Origin: Octopus sinensis
Lineage: Eukaryota
NCBI RefSeq assembly: GCF_006345805.1
Contig: NW_021831980.1
Location: 1 to 32,485 of the forward strand
DNA: 32,485 nt
Reading direction: 5' to 3'
Of the stretch, positions 21,695 through 32,128 are shown one piece after another (the first letter of the stretch is position 1; each line of letters begins with the position of its first letter). Both the position numbers and the translations under genes were made by a program. The notes beneath the pieces were generated by a model. The model made no database searches. It was not told where the DNA came from and was given only the letters and a program-made list of their open reading frames with translations.

Positions 21695-22998
21695 TGTATA
21701 AGAGTTATACACTGAGGGAAAGCCACTAAGTGGTTTTCCATCACGCTAGAAATCGGAGTTAAACTCGAAACCACGAAAAAGCTATTCTTATTTTGGCGCG
21801 TTCAAAAAAATCTAAATTATTAATAGATTTTTCGTGGTTTCCATTTTTAGCGTAGGATCTAGTCTTTTTAATTCGCAAGATGACCCCACACCTTTAATTT
21901 TGCTCAGATTGCTTTCAATTTGAGCAACTTTGAATTTTGATTACGATCAACCGATTGCTTTATCTCGTAAATTAAAGAATCTGATGTTATTTGGAATTAA
22001 TGTTGGGAAATTAGGGTAATTTTAGCCAATCGACAATGAAGCATTAACAGCTTGTTACCATGACAAACGCACATCGTGTTGTGTTTCACCCGCACACCGC
22101 GAGATTTACTTCACCCACGAGTTTTGTTTTAATAAAAATTTATATTTGTGGATTAGAATTTTATTATAGATATTTTTCGTCAATTGTTTTAATATTTTAC
22201 ATATTTTTCATATATAGCAAAAGTTGTTTGCGATGTTTATACAGTTTCTTCGCATTAGGAAGGTGAATGGAACATGTGAACTTAGTACAGATAATCTGAC
22301 ATTAATTTTGAATCCTGCGTGCAAAAACATATAAGATACAAATTTCTTGAGACAAATTCATTGTTGACCAGTGATATTCTTATCGTAGTTTACAAATCCA
22401 AGCATGAAAACGTTACTCAAATTTGAAGTTTTGGAGACATACTCCTCCTTTTTACACACACACACACTCACATACACATGCACTTATATATTAATGACGC
22501 GTACAAATACATGACAGGTAATCATAATACTGAAATGCACATAGACACATGCAGACAAATATATTAATATTACAAATTTAAAAAATAATAAAAACATACA
22601 ATCAATGAAGAGACAAACAAAGAAACAGTAAGATGATACATGTTGATTTTATTAGGTATTTCTGTTTATTTAGAAACCTACAATGAAGAGGTCATTTCAC
22701 GGACGTTAAACTATAAATTTCACAGGGTACAACCTTAAAGTTAAACGCAGAGAATTTCTGTATCGCTTTTGGCTATAAACACACAGTATTGTTTTCGATT
22801 TTTAAACCTCTATAACTTATTCCTCCAATTTTTTCTCCACAACATCATACCTTCATAGTAATTAAGCTGGAAAACTGTATTGTTATAGCCGATTTTCAGA
22901 TTTTTCAGTCTTTTAAAAAATGCGAATGAAGAAAGCTAGATCCCTTGCGTGATGCAAAACCACTTAGTGGCTTTCCCTCAGTGCATAACTCTTATACA
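21695..22998. mobile_element. 1.3-kb non-autonomous DNA transposon with 52-bp TIRs
   Basis: tgtataagagttat(a/g)cactgagggaaagccactaagtggtttt(c/g)catcacgc at 21695-21746 and inverted at 22947-22998 (50/52 matches); AT-rich interior with no transposase ORF. Confidence 0.85.
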
Positions 22999-23369
22999 AA
23001 CATATAATATAATAATATTTGCCGTCTACATACATTTTGGTTCAAGCTGGTTACTGGTAAAAAATTAATATTTAATGTTATATATATATAAACCGAATGA
23101 TAAGAAGACGAAGAAAATTCCTTAACGCATCTTTAATGATTATTTACAATTGTTTCTGCACCAACTCTATTTGCAACGCCAGTTTACGCAAAAATTTGAA
23201 GTGAAAATTTACGTAATGTTTGCAGTTTTAGACATTAGAGTGGCAATTCCTCTGACTGGCATCAAGGTGTGCTATATGCTTGGTGACTTTTGTATCGCTG
23301 GAAAATTAGGAGGATGGCTACATGACCCTTTAAAAGGCAGAAGTCAGACAGTTGCAGCCTATGTTGCTC

Positions 23370-24570
23370 TTTGTGGGGAGACATCAGTTCTTAGAGGAGT
23401 TCTCTAGGAAATTGATTGAAGCATTCCTAGAACTCGTTTTCTGGGATAATTAGCAGCTGCCTCATCGCATTCACTTTGGTTTCCTTAGACGTCCTGAAAT
23501 CTTTCTTTCAAGCGGGATTTGATTTTTGGAAAGAGGAAAAAGTTGCAAGAGGCGAAATCTGGGGAATACGGTGGTTATCGAACCTGGAGAATGCTGTGCC
23601 TGGCCAAAAACTACTGTACAGCTGCGCAGAATATGCAGGGGCTTTGTCATGGTGCAATTGCTACTCACCGGATGCATGCAATTGTGACCTTTTCGGACGA
23701 ATAGCACCATGAAAATGCCGCGAAACATCACAGTAATACTCCTTGCTTACTGTCTGACAAAAAACAAACAGTAAGATCATACAAATTGATTTTATTAGGT
23801 ATTTCTGTTTATTTAGAAACCTACAATGAACAGGTCATTTCACAGACACTAAACTATAAATTTCACAGGATAAAACCCCGCAAACGCCGCAAAAGGTCAC
23901 GGTAGTACTCCTTGCTTACTGTCTGACCAGATGGAGCATACTCATGATGAACAATACCCTTGTAATCGAAGAAAAGGGGTCAACAGTTCATATTGCTTTT
24001 TCTCATTCGTGATTTCTTCGGTTTCGGAGAGGTTGGGGTCTTCCACTACGAAGACTGATCCTTTCTTTCGGGGTCATAGCCATAGACACGATTCATCACC
24101 CGTTATGATCATCTTCAAAACGTTTTCATCGTTCTCGACACAACCAAGGAGATCTTGTGCAACTAAGACCCAAGTGCATTTTTGGTCAGCTGAAAGCAGT
24201 TCTGGCAGGAGCTTTACTGACATGCGTCACATACCCAAATTTTCAGTGATAATGCACAAAACTGAACCGCAACTAATCTGCACATCCTCTGAAAACTCAG
24301 GGATAGTGATTCGGCGATTTCCCCTCACAGCTGCACGCACATCTGCGATGTTTTTCTCAGTCCTGCTGGTTGCAGGTCTCCCAGAACGTTCGTCATAAGT
24401 GACATTTTTTCGACTTTCTTTGAAACATCTCAAACACTCGTACACTTGTGTGTACGGCTCATACACTTCTCTCCATACGCTTTCCGCAACATTGCGTAGG
24501 CCTCTGAGCAGGTATCGCCAAGCTTTTGGCAAAATTTGATGCAGATTTTCTACTCAATTTTCTCTGTCAT
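23370..24570 (-). pseudogene. Decayed mariner (DD34D-type) transposase
   Basis: Minus strand from ATG at 24570: MTEKIE*KICIKFCQKLG...DERSGRPATSRTEKNIADVRAAVRGNRRITI...IITGDES...YDPE...FFDYKGIVHHEYAPSGQTVSKEYY...LHHDKAPAYSA...PPYSPDFASCNFFLFPKIK; many stops and frameshifts; TIRs not recognised. Confidence 0.9.
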
Positions 24571-24679
24571 GATAAATGCGACGATCACACGCTACGCATC
24601 TTCCTTTCAAGCACTGCTGTAAACAACGAAAGTGAGCTAGAACGTTAAAACTTAGTGCACATGTATAGAAGAGTTAAAG

Positions 24680-25015
24680 GTGGTAGCGGTGGTAGTTGAG
24701 GTAGTAGTGTTGTTGTGTTGTTGGTGGTGGTGGCGGTAGTCTTGGTGGTGGAGCTGGTTGTTGTGGTTGTTGAGGTGACAGTTGTAGTGATGATGTTGGT
24801 GTTTATGGTTGTGGCGGTAGTGGTACTGGTGGTGGTAGTTGTGGTGGTGGTGGTGGTAGTTGTGGTGATGGTAGTGATTGCGGATGCGCTGGTGGTGTTG
24901 ATGGTGGTGTTGGTGGTAGTGGTGGCGATAATAGTGGTAGCGAAGGTGCTGGTGGTGGTGGTGGTGGTGGTAGTGGCGGTTTTAGTGATGGTGTGGAGAG
25001 TGATGGTGCTGAGCA
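24680..25015. repeat. Degenerate (GGT/TGG/GTA)n trinucleotide tract
   Basis: Directly visible; gives the Thr-rich and Val-rich ORFs. Confidence 0.9.
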
Positions 25016-25519
25016 TGTAGTTGGGTTCAGAGTAGGTGATGAAAGCCTCTATCCAACAGCTCAAAAACGACTGAGAAAAACTATGACGCAATGCGTTCCA
25101 GGCGTGACCCTTCTCATCATCCTAGCTTAGATTATCCAGTGACGCATCAACTGCTTTATACGACTAAACGTGATCAAAAGCAGATTTGGCTGCCATTTCT
25201 AGCAGATACAGTTACTATCCGCGCAAAGGTTCCCTAGAATATTCGAGAAACTAGATTGCAGAACAGAATAGAAGGAATATTTTTTAGTAGTCGAGTAATT
25301 GAACAACAGTTAGTATTTTGTATTCATAATTTATGTCTGCTAGGGACCAAAGAAACATACTTTCACGGAACCTACTACCCTTAACTTACCCAAATTCACC
25401 CCCAAATACTTGAGCAGTACGACAAATGTAAACACTTCAGTTCCATTCACTTTCTCAATCTATCATTCTTATCTGTCTAGAATTCTCATCTCTCTTTCTA
25501 GGTCTCTCTGGATACATAC

Positions 25520-25570
25520 AGACACACACAGACACACACACACAGACACACACACACAGACACAGACACA

Positions 25571-25607
<37 letters not shown>

Positions 25608-25620
25608 ACACACACACACA
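25520..25620. repeat. (CA)n/(CAGA)n microsatellite
   Basis: Directly visible. Confidence 0.92.
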
Positions 25621-25826
25621 GATGGAATTTATAAAAAAAAACAAAAAATCAAAACAAAAGACAAAGACTGGTGTGTAAATAACAAAAAGATGTATTAGTT
25701 TAACGCTCAGGAAGTGAGAAAGTCTTTTACATTTCGAGCCTACGCTCTTCGATAGAAAGGAACATAGAAATAAACAAGGAGAGAAAATAGAAAAAGACTT
25801 AGTGGCTAGCGATCTATCATGAAGAG
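25621..25826 (-). mobile_element. Repeat family F copy 2 (hammerhead-like core mutated)
   Basis: Homologous to copies 1 and 3; motif at 25723-25760 reads CCUUU-CUAUCGA-A-GAGC(GUAG)GCUC-GAAA-U-GUA-AAAGA. Confidence 0.7.
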
Positions 25827-25903
<77 letters not shown>

Positions 25904-25909
25904 CATATA

Positions 25910-25980
<71 letters not shown>
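25827..25980. repeat. (TA)n-(GT)n-(GA)n compound microsatellite between the two family F copies
   Basis: Directly visible. Confidence 0.95.
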
Positions 25981-25985
<5 letters not shown>

Positions 25986-26003
25986 TAGAAAAATAGAAAG
26001 ACA

Positions 26004-26232
26004 GTTGAAATTTATAGAAAAGCAAAAAACGAAGACAGGTGTATGAACAAGAAGCAAGTGTATTAGTTTGACGCTCAGGAAAAATGGAAAAGTATTTTAC
26101 GTTTCGAGCCTACGCTCTTCAACAGAAATGAACACAGAAATAAGCAGAGAGAGAAAATAGAAAATAGAATGAGACAGGGAGAGAAAATAGAATGAGAAAA
26201 TAGAAAAGGTTTAGTGGCTAGCGATGTGTCAT
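26004..26232 (-). mobile_element. Repeat family F copy 3
   Basis: Homologous to copies 1 and 2; shares tttagtggctagcgat.t.tcatg with copy 2. Confidence 0.7.
26093..26130 (-). ncRNA. Minimal type I hammerhead ribozyme-like motif (A6U variant)
   Basis: Minus strand CAUUU-CUGUUGA-A-GAGC(GUAG)GCUC-GAAA-C-GUA-AAAUA. Confidence 0.6.
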
Positions 26233-26565
26233 GGTGAATGCCGGACAAGGGTGGTCAGACAGGGGAGCTAGGAAGAAGGGGAGATAAAAAAAGTAGTGGT
26301 GATCCCAAATCAAAGGTGCGCGTGCGTGTGTATGCGAGAGTGTATATGAGCATGTGGATAGGGGCTGGTGACATTGACGTGTGCGTAGGTTGGTGGATGA
26401 TTGTGTGGGTGCTCGGAAGTGGTCAGTGCGGGTGGGGTGCGGGTTGGTGTGATGTCGTGTGGTATGTAGAGGTGTGTGTTGTGGTAGTGTGTGGTGTGGG
26501 GAAGGCGAGGGTAGGGGAAGCAAGGGTGGGGTGTGGCTTGGGACATATATATATATTTATATACA

Positions 26566-26868
26566 GTGGAGGCACAATGGCACAGTGGTTAGGATAGCGG
26601 ACTCGCGGTCGTAGGATCGCAGTTTCGATTCTCAGACCAGGCGTTGTGAGTGTTTATTGAGTCTAAGGATCCACGAGGTTCCGGCAGGGGATGGTGGTGA
26701 ACCCTGCTCTACACCTTCACCACAACTTTCTCTCACTCTTTCTTCTGTTGGCCGGCTCGCTTAGCCAGCGGAGTGGGGTCATTTGAAGGCTACAACAATG
26801 CGAAGCGCATTGTGACCAGCGATGTGTAGCAACATCTGATATCCTGGTCGGTCACGGTGATCACGGTG

Positions 26869-26870
<2 letters not shown>
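26566..26870 (+). mobile_element. tRNA-derived SINE, head type D with tail Y, inserted in (TA)n
   Basis: A box tggcacagtgg, B box gtttcgattctc; ends in tandem (tcacggtga)x2. Confidence 0.88.
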
Positions 26871-26935
<65 letters not shown>

Positions 26936-27108
26936 TTATATATATATATATATGTATACGCACACACATATATATTACTACTGGCACGCATACACACAGA
27001 CACACACATATATATATATGCTATGTTACTATGTATATATGCTATTATATAATCTAAATAGTCATGTACCTATATACTGTAGATATGCACACGCAAACAC
27101 ACATATAT

Positions 27109-27445
27109 GAGGACGCTTGCCCTAGTGTTTAGGGTGTTGCGCTCACGATCCCCAGATCCTGATTTCGATTCCCGGATCGGGTGGTGCGTTTTGTTCTTGA
27201 GCAAAACACTTAATTTTACATTGCTCTGTGATCCCTTGGACACCTGAACTCAGTGCCACTGTGTGATCCCCGGCACAGACACACTGGAAGAGGTAGACCG
27301 AGGATGACATATGTTGATGCCCGAAGGACAGACATTGGTCTCTGGGAGTGTTATATGACATGGCAGCGATGACGAGGGACAAAGACCGCTGGAGAGAACG
27401 CGTCTATGGATCTCGGGATTTTTACCCGCCCTAGAGAGAGTAATA
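27109..27445 (+). mobile_element. SINE head (type C-like) fused to the 3' coding end of an RTE-clade LINE
   Basis: Head ggacgcttgccctagtgtttaggg...gatttcgattcccgg...ttgagcaaaacactt; 27259-27434 translates (one frameshift) to LCDPRHRHTGRGRPRMTYVDA...AAMTRDKDRWRERVYGSRDFYPP*, matching the RTE C-terminal RGRP-TY-D / MxDRxxWR motif. Confidence 0.75.
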
Positions 27446-27574
27446 CATGGATAGGTTTTTAGTGATCTTATAAGCTTTCATTAGAAAGCATTTTTTAATA
27501 CCCTTAATTCTTATAGCAGAATCTCTCTAACTTTCTCTCTCCTCCTCTTTGTTCGTTTGTTTTTTTCCACCCCA

Positions 27575-27606
<32 letters not shown>

Positions 27607-27789
27607 GTTTCATACACACACACACGCATGCACGCACCGGCTTATACATAAAAACATGTACACAGACATAAGAAGTCTTATATACTTGTATGTATGAAGA
27701 TTTGAGTATCTTTACAAAGGGTGAGAAATATACAGCTGATGAAAACTGTGTACACAGACGTACATTTTGATTGCTTACATTTTAAATGC

Positions 27790-27804
27790 ATATACGCATA
27801 CGTT

Positions 27805-27835
<31 letters not shown>

Positions 27836-28021
27836 TGCATACACACATATATATATACACATATGTATCTATATATCTGCATACACGCACACTTACTACA
27901 CATATATATATACACCTATGTATCTATATATCTGTATACACGCACACTGACATATTATATATATACGCTCACACATAGTATGCATGTATGTATACATACA
28001 TATATATATACATATATATAT

Positions 28022-28068
<47 letters not shown>

Positions 28069-28205
28069 TATATAAAATATATAAATATATACATACAAAC
28101 ATATTATACATATATATATATGTATATATATATGTATATATATGTATATATATTATATATATATATATATATATTATTAAATCTATATATATATATGTAT
28201 ATATA

Positions 28206-28244
<39 letters not shown>

Positions 28245-28272
28245 ATATATATATATATATATATATATTTAT

Positions 28273-28316
<44 letters not shown>

Positions 28317-28345
28317 TATACATTACATATACATGTATATACATG
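27790..28345. repeat. (CA)n then long degenerate (TA)n array
   Basis: Directly visible. Confidence 0.95.
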
Positions 28346-29039
28346 CTAGAAATCTATTCATTCACGCACACATACGCAACGATGCTTTATAAAAGTATTA
28401 ATGGAAGTAAAAATTTTTCATTAACAGTTTTTTCATTGCAGAAGACATTTGCGTGCTGATTGACAATTAGACAGGCAAGATTTTAAAGCAAGGTCATTTG
28501 TTTGCCGAATAAAAAGAAAACACAACTACATCAGCCATAAACATGAATTTGCTCATAAGGGGCGACCCAAGATGCCTTGTAGCAAAATAAATAAATAAAT
28601 AAATAGATGAAATAAAAAAGAAGGAAAAAATCTCATAGAGACCCCCAAAACAAAAAGACAAAGGTTTCTTATATACTCTACTGAAGTCTTCCTTTTTCAG
28701 CCCAATCATCTCAAGTCGCCAACCACACGAACCAAATCTGTCTGGCTCTTTTCATCTCCCGCTAAAACTTCTCTGCTAGACAATTTAGCTAAAATATCTT
28801 GGGATGTGGCAGGGTGGATGTGGTGGGGATAGTGGTGGTGGTGGTGGTGCTGGGGTAAGTGGGTTACATATATTGGTGGGGGGGGGGGAATAAACCTACA
28901 TGAATTCCTCTAAAAGTCGTGCCTTTTTTCTTTTCTTTAAAAAAAAAAAAGGAGAAAAAGAAAAAAGCAAATAAATTAAGAAAGAAGGATGACAGGGGTT
29001 CGAAAGTGAATAATGCTGATAGAATTAAACGAGGAATAT

Positions 29040-29375
29040 GCATAAGTATATATATGCATATATGTATATATATGTATATATATATATGTATATAATATAT
29101 ATATATATACATATATACATACTCACACGCATACATGCATATATACTACATACACACACATATATTGGCATGATGGCATGATATCTATATTCAAATGTAT
29201 ATATATATATATGCATATATATACAAATATATATATATATATACATGCAAAATATATATATATATATATATGCATATATGTACAAATATATATATATATA
29301 TATCTGCACAAACGCACACACATATACATGCGTATTTATGTGTATATATTTATATCTATATATGTGTGTGTGTGT
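29040..29375. repeat. Degenerate (TA)n/(CA)n array
   Basis: Directly visible. Confidence 0.92.
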
Positions 29376-29840
29376 ACAGATATTTTTTTGTGTTTGTTCT
29401 GGTTGTAATGTGAACACGTAATATTATGTTCGAGCACTTAGCACAGCTTCGTAATTAAAAAACGAAGCATGCAGCAGCGACACGAAACAAAATCACACAG
29501 AATTCCTACATTTTCATTAGATTTATATCAATCGGCCCCACCCCCACCACACCCCATCCTGCGCACCCCCCCTTAAATGCACACCCATCTACTCATACAC
29601 ACGCGCACACATCGTCGCATCCCTACTGCCCTCACGCATACTCGAGCAAACACTCACGCATACACAGAAGCGATTATCGTTATTGATGGATTAACAATAT
29701 TAACATCCTCCCCATCCAACTTCCCCTTCCATCTCCTCCTCATTATCAGCAATATCAAGAGCCTCCTTGCACTCGCGTTGGATTCTTTGAAGGGCCTCTT
29801 CGCAACACATTCCTTTTCATCACCAGAGCCGTAACTTCGT

Positions 29841-30280
29841 CAGCAGTCACGTCACCACTGTCCTCCAAGAGGGTTTTTACTAAGGTTTTAGAAGAAGGCC
29901 CTGCAATTAATCCTGGATCGGTTCTTAGAAGATGACTCGTCTGGCAAGCAACTAGCAGTCACGTCGCCACTGTCCTCCATCAGGGTTTTATCAAAGGTTT
30001 TAGAAGAAGGCCCCTACTTCAACCAATCACGGGTCCCTTCCTAGAAGATGACTCGTCAGGCAGGCAACCAAGTGTCACGTTACCACAATCCACCATCAGG
30101 GTTTTAGCAAAGGTTTTAGAAGAAGGCCCCCTACTTCAACCAATCATGGGTAGGTTCCTAGAGAATATTCGTCTGGCAGGCAACTAGTCACTGTCCTCCA
30201 TGAGGGTTTTTACAAAGGTTTTAAAAGAATGCCCAATCATGGGTCAGTTCCAAGAGGATGACTCGTCTAGCAGGAAAATC
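29841..30280. repeat. Four-copy ~114-bp minisatellite
   Basis: Units begin near 29843, 29955, 30072 and 30187; conserved blocks gtcacgt..ccactgtcctcca, aaggttttagaagaaggccc and gaagatgactcgtctggca. Confidence 0.9.
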
Positions 30281-30345
30281 CTGTGGTCTCAGACTACGAG
30301 TGACGTATTTCATTTGTCATTCGAACTGAATCAGATATTTTATAA

Positions 30346-30572
30346 TACAGTTCTATATTTAAGAGATGAGGAATTATGTACATTGTTTACATTATTTACA
30401 TTTGACGGATATTTGTCCTCATCTTGTTTGTTGTTAACACAACGTTTCGGCTGATATACCTTCCAGTAATGAGAACCCAGGTTCGAAATTTCCCCAAGAC
30501 ACCTGATGAAGGCTGGAGGGTATATCTGCCGAAACGTTGTGTTAACAACAGGCAAGATGAGGACAAATATCC
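30346..30572. mobile_element. Penelope-like terminal-repeat fragment (family G) in foldback arrangement
   Basis: 60-bp inverted arms at 30407-30466 and 30513-30572 (56/60 matches) with a 46-bp spacer; contains a hammerhead motif. Confidence 0.7.
30498..30543 (+). ncRNA. Minimal type I hammerhead ribozyme motif
   Basis: GACAC-CUGAUGA-A-GGC...GCC-GAAA-C-GUU-GUGUU: canonical core, 5-bp stem I (GACAC/GUGUU), stem II GGC/GCC, loop-less ACGU stem III. Confidence 0.72.
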
Positions 30573-30804
30573 AGCAAGAGACATGATATGTCCTGCACCG
30601 TTCATGTCAACAGCAGGTAGCATTTCTTGGTGTGTGCCAGCTGAGTTGAAGCATTGCTGCCTCGGGCTTCGTTCTTTAGGCACATATTTTCGGTCTCTGC
30701 GGATGTATAGAAGAATCTGGGTAGTGAAAATTCTCCTACGTGATCTCATTGATCTAGATTTAATCCATGACTATAAAAATTTCATGATTTTTGTCGTTAA
30801 TAGA

Positions 30805-30926
30805 ATACATACATACACACATAAACATACATATGTATACACACATTCACATACATACATACACATACATACATACATACATACATACATACATACATAC
30901 ATACATACATGCATACATACATACAT
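30805..30926. repeat. (CATA)n microsatellite
   Basis: Directly visible. Confidence 0.95.
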
Positions 30927-31406
30927 GTGAAAAAGCGAACACCTATAGTGAACTATTGAGAAATCTGCAGTTACACTATCCAGATTACAAGTTCAGGTTT
31001 ATACCTGTAATTATTGGGGCCTTGATTATATGAAGCACACTGCCTAAATATCTATCTTGAGGAATTAGGCTTCTCAAAACAAGAGAGGAGAAAGCTAGTT
31101 CGAAGACTACAAATTCAATCTATTACTGGAACTGTAAAAAATCTGTAAAACTTTCCAGAAATATATCATTTAAATATATATGAGAATGTCTAGATATGCA
31201 AGTATATGCACGAGAATACATACATAAAACATACAAATATGCACATCCATCCATCTATCCCTCCATCCATATATACATACATACATACATACATACAAAA
31301 ATACCCTGTTGTTGATGTTGAAATTCCAATGAAGGAGCCTTGAATCTAGGTTAGAAACCGGTTCTTTCTCTATTGGCAAGAAATCTTGAAATAAACTGAA
31401 TAATGA
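30927..31406 (+). pseudogene. 5'-truncated REL-endonuclease LINE 3' end, copy 2
   Basis: EKANTYSELLRNLQLHYPDYKFRFIPVIIGAL...CLNIYLEELGFSKQERRKLVRRLQIQSITGTVKICKTFQKYII* (with frameshifts), then a 3' UTR with internal (CATC/CATA)n ending in ...gaaataaactgaataatga. Confidence 0.85.
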
Positions 31407-31425
31407 CATACACACAAAAAAAAAA

Positions 31426-31740
31426 TGTAAGCTCAACAGACCTGATATAATGATTTGGGTCACAGAAGAGAAACTGTGTACAGATGTAGAAATTATCTGC
31501 CCATCGGATCTTAACATAAAACTGAAGATCAATGAAAGAGAAAATATCTACGCTGAACTATTGAGAAAGCTGCAGTTACTCTATCTAGATTACGAGTTCA
31601 GGTTTATACCTGTAATTATTGGGGGCCTTGGGATATGTAACACTCTGCCTAAATGCCAAACTTGAGAAATTAGGCTTCTCAATAGAGAAACCGGTTATTT
31701 TTCTATTGGCAAGAAATCGTGAAATAAAACTGAACAATGA
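31426..31740 (+). pseudogene. 5'-truncated REL-endonuclease LINE 3' end, copy 3 (internal deletion)
   Basis: CKLNRPDIMIWVTEEKLCTDVEIICPSDLNIKLKINERENIYAELLRKLQLLYLDYEFRFIPVIIGGLG contains the RPD..E..K endonuclease-like motif; jumps from ggcttctc to agaaaccggtt and ends in the same terminus as copy 2. Confidence 0.85.
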
Positions 31741-31903
31741 CACACATATATGCATACTTACATAGATACATACATGTACACACACATACATACTTACATA
31801 CACACATACATAAGTACACACACATGCACATACATACATATGTAAGTTGACTTTTTCAACTACCATGGATCGTTCATCCTCTCCTCGAGTTGTCTGGAGC
31901 GAG

Positions 31904-31947
<44 letters not shown>

Positions 31948-32055
31948 TATGTAGTATGTATGTATGTATGTATGTATGTATGTATGTATGTGTATATATT
32001 AGTATATATATATATATACATACATACATACATATAATATAATATATATATATAT
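31741..32055. repeat. (CATA/CA)n, (TA)n and (TATG)n microsatellites with a short unique spacer
   Basis: Directly visible. Confidence 0.88.
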
Positions 32056-32128
32056 AGGAGAGTATTGTAGTTCGCTTGAAGTATTGTGTAATGTTTGTAA
32101 AGAATAAAATGTTTTGAATGGTACTATA

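Noticed and set aside
26509-26531. G-quadruplex consensus GGGTAGGGGAAGCAAGGGTGGGG
   Set aside because: The motif is real but sits in a GT-rich low-complexity tract with no functional context
28701-28860. Apparent exon between a tttttcag acceptor and a gtaagt donor
   Set aside because: All three frames contain stops; a non-coding exon cannot be supported without RNA data
29841-30280. Possible hammerhead motifs in the minisatellite (ccctgatggagg on the minus strand)
   Set aside because: No GAAA half-core or stem pairing at the required spacing
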